Position numbers and translations under genes: made by a program
The notes under the pieces: generated by a model
The model's database searches: none
What the model was told of the DNA's origin: nothing
What the model saw: only the letters and a program-made list of their open reading frames with translations
NCBI GenBank assembly: GCA_050010515.1
Contig: JBEKKX010000002.1
Span: forward strand, 37,176 to 101,175
Direction of reading: 5' to 3'
Length of the DNA: 64,000 bases
DNA from: Candidatus Bathyarchaeia archaeon
GTDB taxonomy: Archaea; Thermoproteota; Bathyarchaeia; Bathyarchaeales; Bathycorpusculaceae
Shown here: piece by piece, positions 1 through 10,391 of the stretch
Layout of the letters: each line of letters starts with the position of its first letter
Numbering within the stretch: the first letter of the stretch is position 1

Positions 1-1159
1 TACTCAACATTTTGGCGTATTGCCCTTCAATCCAGCTTTGCATTTCTTTCTTTCTTAGCGTAACATATACTTGCGACGAAGCGGCCAGACCAGCTATCCA
101 AGGAGAAAGGAAGCCTGAAAGTCCGGCATACGTAATTGCAGCCGCTGATACACTTATGCCGCTATACATAACATTTGAGACTTTATCAAGAAAAGGGGCC
201 GATTTTTTAAAATTCTCTGCTTCTTGAAATAGCGCATCTCTTGTCTCTAGTGCCTCTTTAACTTTCAGGTCCTTCACAAGTCTTGAGAATTCTTGGTAGG
301 CCCTTTGTAAATCTTTTGCGCAGTCTTGTGTTTCTACCACAAGATCAATGTTAAGATCCGATGAGTCCGACGGAGTCACAAATCCTAAATCAGTTATTAG
401 ATATTCCGCAATTTCACTGGTAAATTCTTCCTTTGAGTGGTTATTGCCTTTCAATGGAATATTAACCATTTTTCCAATAGTTTCATCTGTGGGTGCTATT
501 CCTCCTAGGTATGGTGGGATTAGGACTTGGTGTTTAAGGTATGCTAACCAATCTGTTTCATACATTCGAATTGATTCATTATCCTTCATTGATCGTATGT
601 AATGAAAGCCCATATTGATCCTTCTTTTATACCCTAAAGCACAAAAAACACTGTACAAAAAGGCGTTTTTTGATATAATTTTTTCATTGGACCGCTTTGC
701 TTCATTTTCGAACCTTTTTAACTCATTAAATCCCACAAGTTCATTAATAATTTCGTAAGTTCTATCCCAAGGAGCTATTCTAATTAACGGATCCAGATGC
801 TCAAACTCTTTTCCGGCATAGTCACTGTATGGCCAGAGTAATAAAGGGTATAACCGCCCTTTTTTCGACAATTCTACAACATCTTTTACATCCATACCAG
901 CATAATTTTTAAACTCAGGTACCGTCATCGGCGAGATTCCCAAAATTGGGTATGAATAAAATGGAATAACTCTCCACCCATCAAGAAGATAGGGACTGAT
1001 GTAAGCTCTTTCCATTCCATTCCAAGGAAATTCTGGGTATAGATACTTTGCCAGTTGTGTACCTTTATTTTTTTTAAACTCTGCTACTGCTCGTTCAGCT
1101 GCCTTTAGGCCTTTTTCCATTTGTTGGCTTTCTAACTCATTAAGCTCAGCGAGCCTCAT
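1..1159 (-). CDS. hypothetical protein, partial (>385 aa, runs off left edge)
   Basis: Manual translation from ATG at 1159 (MRLAELNELESQQMEKGLKAAE...) stays open to base 1. Absent from the ORF track because there is no stop in the window. Confidence 0.8.
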   Translation of the reverse strand, partial: MRLAELNELESQQMEKGLKAAERAVAEFKKNKGTQLAKYLYPEFPWNGMERAYISPYLLDGWRVIPFYSYPILGISPMTVPEFKNYAGMDVKDVVELSKKGRLYPLLLWPYSDYAGKEFEHLDPLIRIAPWDRTYEIINELVGFNELKRFENEAKRSNEKIISKNAFLYSVFCALGYKRRINMGFHYIRSMKDNESIRMYETDWLAYLKHQVLIPPYLGGIAPTDETIGKMVNIPLKGNNHSKEEFTSEIAEYLITDLGFVTPSDSSDLNIDLVVETQDCAKDLQRAYQEFSRLVKDLKVKEALETRDALFQEAENFKKSAPFLDKVSNVMYSGISVSAAAITYAGLSGFLSPWIAGLAASSQVYVTLRKKEMQSWIEGQYAKMLS

Positions 1160-1354
1160 TATAATCTAATAACTATTTGCTAACAAGGGTTATAATAGTT
1201 TTTAAAGAAAATTAGAAATTTTTACAACTTTTGTTTAATCAAACTCTCGTAATATAACATCTTTGGGAGTTAACACCAAAGGTTGCTGAAAGGACAGATT
1301 CATTGCACAAAACGATTAAAAAAACAAATTACCGCCTCTCCTTGTTCAAAAAAC

Positions 1355-1948
1355 TTAGGCTTGAGTTGCCGTCAAAGTAATATCAAAGCTGTAGCTGAAT
1401 TGTCCATTACTTGCATAATTTGTGTTTGTAGGTGCCATGTTCGTCATAAGCATAATTGCTTCTGTTTGTCCAACAGCTATTGAGCTTGTTGTCGGAGAAC
1501 CAGTCATACTAGTTAACATTTCGTATTGAAAATTAAAATCGATGTTAGAAGGAACATTTACGTTTGATGCAGTAGCAGTTATTGTTATCGGCGCGTTACC
1601 AGTGTTTGTCACTATTAATGTATCCAAACTAGTTGGTGCCCAACCGCTGCCAAAACCTGGAGTCGTAGGAGATTGCCACATTGTATAAGTTGGAAAATCA
1701 GCAAAACTTGAAGGAGTTAAAGTCGAAGGGACAGCAGTTCCATTCTGAAAAGACAACGAAAATGATGTAGAAACAGGGGTTGCCGTTGGCGTTGGAGTTG
1801 CTGTTGGGCCTGGTGTTGCTGGTAGATTAGGATAACTCGCTGTTCCTCTAACACTTATGGTTTGTGAGTTTGTTACAGTGGCTATCACTAAGGGAATTGC
1901 AATCAACAGAATTGATATCACAACTAAAATCAAAAGTTTCTTTCTCAC
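1355..1948 (-). CDS. secreted/membrane-anchored protein with Pro/Thr-rich linker and beta-rich domain
   Basis: N-terminal basic + hydrophobic signal, PTATPTPTATP linker, Ser/Thr-rich C-domain. GTG at 1948 follows a GGAGGTGA SD; the track start is 1981. Confidence 0.75.
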   Translation of the reverse strand: MRKKLLILVVISILLIAIPLVIATVTNSQTISVRGTASYPNLPATPGPTATPTPTATPVSTSFSLSFQNGTAVPSTLTPSSFADFPTYTMWQSPTTPGFGSGWAPTSLDTLIVTNTGNAPITITATASNVNVPSNIDFNFQYEMLTSMTGSPTTSSIAVGQTEAIMLMTNMAPTNTNYASNGQFSYSFDITLTATQA

Positions 1949-2152
1949 CGATTTCACCTCCAAAAAAGCCGCTGCCTCCATCCTTTCTTATTTAAAGTAT
2001 GTTCTTTCTAGAAATTTATAAAACAATGTGGTCACAATCTGAAGCAACATTTGCTCCTAAAAGACGCAACACCAAAGCTTAAGGACTCTTTAATTTTAAG
2101 CATAGCAGATATAAGGAACCCTTACAATTTAAAACCGCAAGAGATGTAGATT

Positions 2153-2341
2153 ATGACAGAAAGAGCAACAACACTGTCCTTGGTCACCTGTACAAGCTGC
2201 GGCAAACCAATTCCGCCAGGCAGCGAATCCACAAAATTCCTCTGCCCCAACTGCGGAGAAATCCAGATTAAACGTGATGGAAAATGCCGCAAATTCGGCC
2301 GCTTATACAAGTGTCCAAAATGCGGATTCACAGGACCATAA
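2153..2341 (+). CDS. Zn-ribbon RNA-binding protein (DUF1610/HVO_2753 family)
   Basis: CTSCG...FLCPNCG...CRKFGRLYKCPKCGFTGP; conserved position upstream of EF-1beta. Confidence 0.9.
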   Translation: MTERATTLSLVTCTSCGKPIPPGSESTKFLCPNCGEIQIKRDGKCRKFGRLYKCPKCGFTGP

Positions 2342-2352
2342 GGCGATATTAG

Positions 2353-2628
2353 ATGGGAAGCGTTTTAGTAACATACAAGGTGTTTCCAGAAGACATAGTG
2401 GAAAACTTTGATGACCTCAAAAATAAAATCCAAAGCATCGCGCCTGAATTCTCAGCAATCGAAGGTTACGGCGAAGAACCCATAGCTTTTGGACTTAAAG
2501 CGCTGCTTGTTCAAGTTAAGTTCCCAGAGGACAAAACAGGCATCGTTGACGAGTTCGAAGAAAAACTCGCTAAAATCCCAGGCATCAGCCAAGCCCAAAC
2601 CTTCATGGTGCGTAGAACCAGCAGATAA
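2353..2628 (+). CDS. ef1b: translation elongation factor 1-beta
   Basis: EEPIAFGLKAL motif, 91 aa, synteny with Zn-ribbon gene. Confidence 0.95.
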   Translation: MGSVLVTYKVFPEDIVENFDDLKNKIQSIAPEFSAIEGYGEEPIAFGLKALLVQVKFPEDKTGIVDEFEEKLAKIPGISQAQTFMVRRTSR

Positions 2629-2774
2629 AACGTTGCGGCTGTCTTGGCAAAAACCCTCATTCTTTTGGTATTGAGTACCTGAAAGTCTTTGCCGTTACGC
2701 TTTAAAGTTTATATAGTCATAAAAGGTTCTTTCAAACATGTATCTTTAGCATCAGATTATTTGGAGGATTCTGT

Positions 2775-4970
2775 TTGAGCGAAGTTCAATTACGTGTCGG
2801 AGACGCAAGGCAAAGAGATGTAGGCAGAGGGATCGCCCGCATAGACCAGCGAACTATGCAAAAACTAGGCATAAGCGCTGGAGACGTAATAGAAATTATA
2901 AACAAACGCACAACGTCAGCCATAGCTTGGCCAGCCTACAGTGAAGACCAAAACCGTGATATCATCCGTATCGACGGTTTCACACGCAAAAACTCTGGAG
3001 TAGCCATAAACGAATACGTTGTCGTGAGGCCAGCAAAAGTCAAAACAGCCCTAAGTATAACGCTTGCACCAGTTGACATGCGGCTAAACGTTGACGAAGA
3101 CTTCACTAACTTTGTTAAAAACCGCCTCATGGAACGTACCCTCGTAGAGGGCGACACAACCCTAGTAATGATGTTGGGACACGCCATTCCATTTACAGTC
3201 TCAAAAAACCGACCCCACGGCATAATAAAAGTAACAGCCGAAACACGCTTAACCATTCTAAACGAGCCAGCACCTGAAGGCAAAGGCTTACCTAGAACCA
3301 CCTATGAAGACATCGGCGGCTTACATGAAGAAATCCAACGTGTCCGCGAAATGGTCGAACTGCCACTCCGCCACCCAGAACTTTTCCAACGCTTAGGAAT
3401 AGAACCGCCAAAAGGCGTCCTGCTTCATGGTCCACCAGGCTGCGGCAAAACACTATTAGCCCGAGCGGTCGCTAACGAGTCAGAAGCCAACTTCTACTCC
3501 ATTAACGGTCCAGAAATCATGAGCAAATTCTACGGAGAATCTGAAGCGCGATTGCGAGAGATTTTCCAGCAAGCCCAGCAGAACGCTCCGAGCATAATAT
3601 TCGTCGATGAGCTTGACGCTATAGCGCCTAAACGGGAGGAAGTAACAGGTGAAGTTGAAAGACGCGTCGTTGCACAGCTCCTCGCGTTAATGGATGGTTT
3701 AAGCGGAAGAGGAAACGTCATAGTCATCGGTGCAACCAACCGTCCAGGCGCACTTGACCCTGCACTGCGCAGACCAGGAAGATTCGACCGTGAAATAGAA
3801 ATCGGCGTACCTGACAGGAAAGGAAGATACGAAGTCCTCCAAATACACACACGAGGAATGCCATTGGTCCCTTACAAAGAGGGAGAAAAAGGCGAAGGAG
3901 TCAACCTTGACCGCCTCGCCGACATGACACACGGTTACACTGGAGCCGACCTATCTGCACTAGGCAGAGAAACAGCCATGAAAGCATTACGCAGATACCT
4001 CCCGCAGATTAACCTTGAAGAAGAACGCATTCCACCAGCCGTGCTTGAAAAGATGGAAGTACAGATGAGCGATTTTGACAACGCATACAAAGAAATTACA
4101 CCAACAGCCATGCGAGAGGTGTACATTGAAGTTCCCACTGTCCATTGGGACGACGTAGGCGGACTTGAAGACGTAAAACAGCACCTCATAGAAGCTGTGG
4201 AGTGGCCACTGAAGAGCCCAGAAATGTTCACTAAGCTTGGAATTAGACCGCCAAAAGGCATCCTCCTTTATGGTCCACCAGGCTGCGGCAAAACACTGTT
4301 AGCCCGAGCGGTGGCGACAGAAAGCGAAGCCAACTTCATATCAATTAAAGGCCCAGAAGTCTTCTCCAAATGGGTTGGAGAATCAGAAAAAGCCATACGT
4401 GAAATATTCCGCAAAGCCCGCATGGCAGCGCCTTCAGTGGTATTCTTAGATGAAATAGACTCGATTACGCCTAGACGCGGCATGGGTATGTCTGACAGCG
4501 GCGTTTCAGAACGAGTCATAAGCCAACTTTTAACAGAAATGGATGGCATAGTAACATTACAAGACATAGTAATTATAGCTGCCACCAACCGTCCTGACAT
4601 GGTGGATCCCGCCGTTCTGCGCCCTGGAAGGTTTGACAGATTAATTTATGTGCCTGAACCGGACGATAAGGGCCGCTTGCAAATATTTAAAATCTACACG
4701 AAAGGCATGCCAATCAACAAAGACGTTGACCTAAACCAGTTAACAATAATGACTAAGTACTATGGCGGCGCTGATATAGAATCCTTATGCAGAGAAGCCG
4801 CAATGCACGCATTAAGAAGGGATGTAAACTCCCAAGAAGTAACCATGAAAGATTTCTTGGATGCGCTGAAAGAAATGGGTCCATCAGTAACGCCCGACAT
4901 GGAGAAATGGTACAAGAGCTTTATGCAGCAAGTCCGACAGGTACAAAAGCCAGCGACACCAGTTGCTTAG
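2775..4970 (+). CDS. cdc48: CDC48/VCP family AAA ATPase
   Basis: N-domain [11 protein letters not shown], two Walker A GPPGCGKT, two RPGRFDR motifs. Confidence 0.98.
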   Translation: MSEVQLRVGDARQRDVGRGIARIDQRTMQKLGISAGDVIEIINKRTTSAIAWPAYSEDQNRDIIRIDGFTRKNSGVAINEYVVVRPAKVKTALSITLAPVDMRLNVDEDFTNFVKNRLMERTLVEGDTTLVMMLGHAIPFTVSKNRPHGIIKVTAETRLTILNEPAPEGKGLPRTTYEDIGGLHEEIQRVREMVELPLRHPELFQRLGIEPPKGVLLHGPPGCGKTLLARAVANESEANFYSINGPEIMSKFYGESEARLREIFQQAQQNAPSIIFVDELDAIAPKREEVTGEVERRVVAQLLALMDGLSGRGNVIVIGATNRPGALDPALRRPGRFDREIEIGVPDRKGRYEVLQIHTRGMPLVPYKEGEKGEGVNLDRLADMTHGYTGADLSALGRETAMKALRRYLPQINLEEERIPPAVLEKMEVQMSDFDNAYKEITPTAMREVYIEVPTVHWDDVGGLEDVKQHLIEAVEWPLKSPEMFTKLGIRPPKGILLYGPPGCGKTLLARAVATESEANFISIKGPEVFSKWVGESEKAIREIFRKARMAAPSVVFLDEIDSITPRRGMGMSDSGVSERVISQLLTEMDGIVTLQDIVIIAATNRPDMVDPAVLRPGRFDRLIYVPEPDDKGRLQIFKIYTKGMPINKDVDLNQLTIMTKYYGGADIESLCREAAMHALRRDVNSQEVTMKDFLDALKEMGPSVTPDMEKWYKSFMQQVRQVQKPATPVA

Positions 4971-4981
4971 AAGGAAAGCGT

Positions 4982-5212
4982 ATGCCTCAGATAAAAACTT
5001 GGAAAACCCGCCCAGCTTATTTTGTTATGTTGGAAGTTCTCGCTAAGAAGGGCGACATGACTGATGATGAGCTCTTTGGACAGTTGAAAGGTGAGTTTGA
5101 CGATTTGGGCTACAAAGACTTCAATGATCTGCTACTGAAGCTGGAGGTAACCGGTAAAATTCGCACTTCTTCATTGGCGCGTGGAAAACGCCGAATTGAA
5201 CTAGTCCATTAA
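4982..5212 (+). CDS. small winged-helix protein
   Basis: MPQIKTWKTRPAYF...LLKLEVTGKIRTS; ATG just after the cdc48 stop, so the track's longer ORF overlapping cdc48 is unlikely. Confidence 0.7.
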   Translation: MPQIKTWKTRPAYFVMLEVLAKKGDMTDDELFGQLKGEFDDLGYKDFNDLLLKLEVTGKIRTSSLARGKRRIELVH

Positions 5213-5216
5213 CATA

Positions 5217-6470
5217 ATGATGATGAAGCACACAGTGCAACCGACTGGTAATATTCCAGATGCCATAATTGTTGGAGGCGGACCTGTTGGTTCATATGCC
5301 GCACTAAACTTGGCTAAATTAGGCGTTAAAGTCACCGTTTTTGAAGAACACCCTGAAATCGGGTTGCCTTCCCATTGCGCTGGTCACCTGAGCATTCGAA
5401 GCTTAAGCACTATGGGTTTGTATCCGCTTCCAAATGGGATTGTTGAAAACACTTTTAGTGCAGCCAACTTTTATTCGCCCGATGGCACCAAGTTTTCACT
5501 TCATCTTTCCCGTCCAGTAACTACCGCTCTAAACAGAGCACGTTTTGACCAGTACTTGGCTGGGCAAGCAGAAGCGGCTGGTGCATGTTTCGTCTTAAAC
5601 GCCTATGTCCACTCGCTGATAATGGCGGATGGCCATGTCAAAGGCGTAAATATCCAGCGAAACGGTGTAAAAGAAGAGAAAGTTTATTCTAAGATCACCT
5701 TGGATGCGGAAGGCATCTCTTCTAGGTTTTTGAGGCAAGCAGGTTTAGCAACGCTTAAGCCTGAAGAGCTGGTTTATGCGGTTGAAGCTGAAGTAGAAAA
5801 CGTACAAGACGTTGAGCGTGATGCGGTTGAAGTTTACTTAGGCAAGAATTATGCGCCTGGCTTTTACGGATGGCTTATTCCAAGGCTTGATGGAACAGCA
5901 AAGGTTGGGTTGGCAACAAACAAGGGAAACCCCCGTGAATTCCTGCATCAGCTCATGTCTAAGCATCCAGTTGCGTCTAAACAGCTTGGCAAAGCCAAAA
6001 TAACACAAATTGGGTATCACGCTATATCTTTAGGCGGTCCAATCAACAGGGCTTATGCAAACGGTTTTCTTGCTGTAGGCGACTGCGCTTCACAGGTTAA
6101 ACCGACCACTGGCGGCGGAGTAATTTTCGGGTTAACATGCGCCAAAATCGCGGCAGAAACTGCTAGCGAAGCCATAAAGCAAGGCGACGTGTCACCTGAT
6201 TTTTTGCGGGTTTATCAGAAACGCTGTTCCGACTTGCTTAGTTTTGATTTTATTGTTATGCTTAGGCTTAGAAGGTTTCTTGATTCTCTGTCTGACGAGA
6301 AAGTGGATGAGATGCTGCGGATCTGCGGAAAGTTGGGCGTGGATAAAGCATTAAGCGATGTGGATGAAATCGACTTTCAAGGAAAGCTTATGCTTAAAGT
6401 TTTAGGGAAACCTTCAATGCTGGCAGCTATGGCTTACTTTGTTATGCTTTACTTGTCTGCAAACACTTAA
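5217..6470 (+). CDS. geranylgeranyl reductase family FAD-dependent oxidoreductase
   Basis: GGGPVG FAD motif, PSHCAG, YGWLIP, GDCASQVKPTTGGG. Confidence 0.9.
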   Translation: MMMKHTVQPTGNIPDAIIVGGGPVGSYAALNLAKLGVKVTVFEEHPEIGLPSHCAGHLSIRSLSTMGLYPLPNGIVENTFSAANFYSPDGTKFSLHLSRPVTTALNRARFDQYLAGQAEAAGACFVLNAYVHSLIMADGHVKGVNIQRNGVKEEKVYSKITLDAEGISSRFLRQAGLATLKPEELVYAVEAEVENVQDVERDAVEVYLGKNYAPGFYGWLIPRLDGTAKVGLATNKGNPREFLHQLMSKHPVASKQLGKAKITQIGYHAISLGGPINRAYANGFLAVGDCASQVKPTTGGGVIFGLTCAKIAAETASEAIKQGDVSPDFLRVYQKRCSDLLSFDFIVMLRLRRFLDSLSDEKVDEMLRICGKLGVDKALSDVDEIDFQGKLMLKVLGKPSMLAAMAYFVMLYLSANT

Positions 6471-6508
6471 AATCTTGGATGCCAAACATAGAAGCGGGAT
6501 AAAAGAGA

Positions 6509-6871
6509 ATGAGCGAATTTGAATACAAACAAGTCCTCGTTTTCCGTTCGGATTTGAAGATGGGTAAAGGCAAAATTGCGGCGCAAGCTGGGCACGCTGC
6601 AGTTTCAGCCGCTCAAAATGCTTATACGCATCGTAAGAAGTGGTGGGAAGCTTGGCTCTACGAGGGGCAACGGAAAATCGCAGTTAAGGTTCCAAGTGAA
6701 AAGGAGCTTCATGAATTGGAAGAGGCTGCTGACCAGTTAGGTTTGCCCCACGCATTGATTGTTGATAGAGGTTTAACGCAGATTCCTGAGGGCACGGTGA
6801 CATGTTTAGGGATTGGTCCTGCTCCAGCGGAAATGGTTGATAGGTTAACTGGTAAGCTAAAGTTATTCTAG
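6509..6871 (+). CDS. pth2: peptidyl-tRNA hydrolase Pth2
   Basis: DLKMGKGKIAAQAGHA and DRGLTQIPEGTVTCLGIGP motifs. Confidence 0.97.
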   Translation: MSEFEYKQVLVFRSDLKMGKGKIAAQAGHAAVSAAQNAYTHRKKWWEAWLYEGQRKIAVKVPSEKELHELEEAADQLGLPHALIVDRGLTQIPEGTVTCLGIGPAPAEMVDRLTGKLKLF

Positions 6872-6875
6872 GCGA

Positions 6876-8255
6876 GTGGTGTTGCCTGTGTCGGCGCTCG
6901 ATAAACAGCTAGGCATCGAAATTTACGCCAGCAAAAGCTTAGGCATCGGGGGCGTCATCCGTGAAGCAGTTGACGACTTTGTGGTTGAAGAAGTTCTTGC
7001 TGACGGCTCAAAAGCATCCGTGAACGGGGCTGTTGCAGGCAGGGTTTTAGGTTCTACTCTTCAAAAGCAACGGTATTTGCTGTGCGTTTTGGTGAAGCGC
7101 AACTGGGACACGTTCATAGCCATCAAAAACGTTGCTAAACAACTTGGCGTAGACCAGAGGTGCATCCAGATTGCGGGCATTAAAGATGCAAAAGCCATAA
7201 CAGCTCAGCACTTGACGATTGAGGATGGCTTGATAGAGGATGCTTCAAAAGTTAATGTTAAAGATATCCAAATCTACCCTATAGGCTATCTTCGTGAGGC
7301 GCTTTCATTATATTACCTGCTTGGCAACATCTTCACAATAAAAATCAAAGCCATAAAATACAAGGAATCAACCGTTGAAACAAGAATTTCGCAGACCCTT
7401 GAGGAGCTTGAAGCTTTAGGTGGCATTCCAAACTTTTTTGGGCACCAACGTTTCGGAACTACCCGTCCCATAACGCATTTGGTTGGAAAAGCTCTTGTTA
7501 GAGGCAGTTTTGAGGAGGCAGCAATGCTTTTTTTGGCTAAACCAAGCGTTCACGAGCATCCAGCCTCAAGGCAAGCACGCCAAGAACTCCAATCAACAAA
7601 AAATTTCAAACAAGCACTGGAAAACTTTCCTAAGCAACTTCGCTTTGAAAGGTTAATGCTGAATCACTTAGCAGATAAACCAGATGATTTCATTGGCGCT
7701 TTTCAACGGTTGCCCGTTAAGCTTCAAGAGCTTTTTGTTCAAGCGCATCAGTCTTACCTGTTTAATCGTTTCCTCAGCGAACGGGTTAAGCATGGTTACT
7801 CTTTGAACAAGGCTGAGGTTGGCGATTTCGTGGTTGCTGTTGAACGTTCTGGATTGCCCCTGAACAGCATGGCAAAAAATGTAACAGCGGAAACTCTTGC
7901 TAGCGTTAATGAGCAAATTAAGGCTGGAAAACTGCGAGTTGCTTTACCTATTGTTGGAGTAAGGCAGAAGCTCTCTCAAGGGGTCATGGGGCAAATAGAG
8001 AAGGAGGTTCTTGAGGAAGAAGAAATCAAGTTCGAGAACCTGCGAATTAACGCGTTATCAAGGATTGGCGGCAAAGGCGGCTTGCGAACGGCGATAACTC
8101 CAATCAGAGACTTTAAGCTCCAAAATGTTTCAGCAAATGCAAGCGGCAAAGACTGCCAAGCTGAGTTAAGCTTCATGCTGCTCAGAGGTTCCTATGCAAC
8201 AGTGGTTCTCAGGGAAATAATGAAACCCAAAAGTCCCATAACTGCGGGTTTCTGA
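6876..8255 (+). CDS. truD: tRNA pseudouridine(13) synthase TruD
   Basis: DFVVEE, AGIKDAKAIT, PNFFGHQRFG, GSYATVVLREIMK. Confidence 0.96.
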   Translation: MVLPVSALDKQLGIEIYASKSLGIGGVIREAVDDFVVEEVLADGSKASVNGAVAGRVLGSTLQKQRYLLCVLVKRNWDTFIAIKNVAKQLGVDQRCIQIAGIKDAKAITAQHLTIEDGLIEDASKVNVKDIQIYPIGYLREALSLYYLLGNIFTIKIKAIKYKESTVETRISQTLEELEALGGIPNFFGHQRFGTTRPITHLVGKALVRGSFEEAAMLFLAKPSVHEHPASRQARQELQSTKNFKQALENFPKQLRFERLMLNHLADKPDDFIGAFQRLPVKLQELFVQAHQSYLFNRFLSERVKHGYSLNKAEVGDFVVAVERSGLPLNSMAKNVTAETLASVNEQIKAGKLRVALPIVGVRQKLSQGVMGQIEKEVLEEEEIKFENLRINALSRIGGKGGLRTAITPIRDFKLQNVSANASGKDCQAELSFMLLRGSYATVVLREIMKPKSPITAGF

Positions 8256-8317
8256 GAGACAGCAAAAACGCTGATAAGGAAGCGTTTAATTCACTATTTT
8301 AAAGGAAGCTTATTTTT

Positions 8318-8881
8318 ATGGAAGATAAGCCTCAACAGCAATGCGTTATACCAATTCATAAACCGAGTCTTAAAGAATTAATCTTCTTTTTCTTATCTGG
8401 AATCCTAGTGAGTATTCCGTTTGCTTTGTTTTTTTCGAACTTTTACCCGCTTTTTCCCGGAGCTTTAGCGGTTATTTTAATAGCTCCTTTCGTAGAGGAG
8501 TTAGCGAAAGTTTTCCCATTATTCTATAGGCATGGGGAAACCGAAAGGTCACTTGTAACTTTAGGTATTCTGATTGGGTTAGGTTTCGGTATTTCCGAAT
8601 TCTTTTTGTATGTTTTCATTTATGATGTACCTTGGATTGTTAGAATCCCAGGCGTTATTTTTCATGCTTCAAGCGCGGCTATAACTGCTTACGGTATCGC
8701 TAAGAAAAAACCTCTACCCTACTACCTGACGTCTGTACTGCTTCATGCTACAAACAACTTTTTTGCTTTGGAAGCTGCGGTGAATTTTGGTGTATTAGCT
8801 GAATTGATAGTTTTAATCACTGTTTATCTTCTTGCTTGGCACTTTTATCATCAGGCTTCAAACGAAAAAATGGTCGTTTAA
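8318..8881 (+). CDS. PrsW-family intramembrane metalloprotease
   Basis: APFVEELAK, GFGISE, LLHATNN motifs; multiple TM helices. Confidence 0.85.
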   Translation: MEDKPQQQCVIPIHKPSLKELIFFFLSGILVSIPFALFFSNFYPLFPGALAVILIAPFVEELAKVFPLFYRHGETERSLVTLGILIGLGFGISEFFLYVFIYDVPWIVRIPGVIFHASSAAITAYGIAKKKPLPYYLTSVLLHATNNFFALEAAVNFGVLAELIVLITVYLLAWHFYHQASNEKMVV

Positions 8882-9405
8882 GAAACCCTGTCTGTTCTAG
8901 CTAAATCTCTAAGCCTGTTAACCCCATCTATCTCATTAATGAATTCAGCGACGCTTTTAGGAACAAGATCCGTCCAGCTGTCATCTTGGAGCATTTTTTC
9001 TCTAATGATAGTTGACACGTATTGTTTCCTATCAAAGAATGGAATGTTTTTGACTTGATAACCTGCTTCCATGAAAAGCCTTCGTGTCAACGGCTCATTA
9101 GAATAACAAACATTAAACTTTGGAGTGTAACCTTCCAACGCGCTAACCCATAACATATGCAAGTGGACATCTGGAACTGGAACAATCCAAAGCTTAGAAT
9201 AATCCACTTTAGCCTCTTGCAAAGCACGGCGAATCATAACTAATCTTTCGCCCGCTGTAAACGGGTTATTGGAGTTATGGCTGTACTGAGCGCTACCAAT
9301 GACTATGACGAGTTCATCAACTTCTTTTAAAACTGCCTTGATAGCGCCAAGGTGACCTAAATGGAAAGGCTGAAATCTGCCAACGTAAAGACCTCGATTA
9401 ACCAA
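8878..9405 (-). CDS. nadM: nicotinamide-nucleotide adenylyltransferase
   Basis: GRFQPFHLGH, NPFTAGER. Confidence 0.95.
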   Translation of the reverse strand: MVNRGLYVGRFQPFHLGHLGAIKAVLKEVDELVIVIGSAQYSHNSNNPFTAGERLVMIRRALQEAKVDYSKLWIVPVPDVHLHMLWVSALEGYTPKFNVCYSNEPLTRRLFMEAGYQVKNIPFFDRKQYVSTIIREKMLQDDSWTDLVPKSVAEFINEIDGVNRLRDLARTDRVS

Positions 9406-9470
9406 CGGTGCTTCCTCGCCTTTGAGGTTAAGCTCGCATGCTTTTATGATTTGTGTAAAAAAAATTCAGG

Positions 9471-10055
9471 TTAAGCCAAATTTCTTAGAACATATTCAAC
9501 AGGGAAAACCTGAAGCTGACGCCCATTGACTTCTAATTCTTTTGAAGTTGAGAAGCCTCTTTTCTCCCTGCCTAAGAGCTCAAGTTTAACTTTCAAGCCT
9601 CCACCATAACCTCCTAGCGTAAAATCGGATTTAACAACTCTGTGGCAGGGAACGATTGGTGCAAAAGGATTAGCCGCCATAACGTTTCCCACAGCCCTTG
9701 GTCCACCACCTACCGCTTTGGCAATTGAGCCGTAAGAAGCCACATAACCGAGTGGAATCTCGACAGTTGTTTTAAGCACTTTTTGTGTGTAAATTGGCAA
9801 ACGAGTCAAGGCTAACGAGAAGCTTGCGTTAACATTTTGTCCCTCATAAATACTCTTCAAAGAAGCAAGAGTGTTTTTGGCGAAAGCCGAGGGCTCATGG
9901 AAAACCTGAAAAGATACGTTGAACGGTATATTTCCTAAAATGTTGCTTAATGTTAATTGTTGGCTTACACCAAAGGATGATGTTACAATCTGCTGTTGAG
10001 CATAGGCTACTCCGAACCAAACGCCGCCAATGTTTTGAGTATAAATTTCTATCAT
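9471..10055 (-). CDS. ogt: methylated-DNA--protein-cysteine methyltransferase
   Basis: PRAVG, NPFAPIVPCHRVV active-site motif. Confidence 0.95.
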   Translation of the reverse strand: MIEIYTQNIGGVWFGVAYAQQQIVTSSFGVSQQLTLSNILGNIPFNVSFQVFHEPSAFAKNTLASLKSIYEGQNVNASFSLALTRLPIYTQKVLKTTVEIPLGYVASYGSIAKAVGGGPRAVGNVMAANPFAPIVPCHRVVKSDFTLGGYGGGLKVKLELLGREKRGFSTSKELEVNGRQLQVFPVEYVLRNLA

Positions 10056-10391
10056 TTGCCTTCCTTTTACAACTTACATAGAGACAGAGTCCAAGAGGGG
10101 CTACTCCCTAATTAGCATAGTTAAAAAACATGCGGTATGTTAAAAGTTTCTGCGGTAAAAGCTTATTTTGCTTTGCATTCCATATAAACAGCCACTAACT
10201 TAACATTCTTAATTGCTTCTGGAATTCAGTAAGCCTTTTGCAAGCACGGTTAGGTAACCGATTAGTTTTCCCCATTTATTCACTTTCCAGAGGTTAGACT
10301 CATCATATTTAGTCGCCTTGCCTGTCATAGAATGGTTATAAGTAAGCTTAATAGATTGTTTTGTGTATAACAACGGGAAAAGGCGAAAATT

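Noticed and set aside
2936-4600. Multiple antisense ORFs over cdc48 (and similar ones over his, acdA, deoA genes)
   Set aside because: Shadow frames of strongly conserved genes with no independent motifs.
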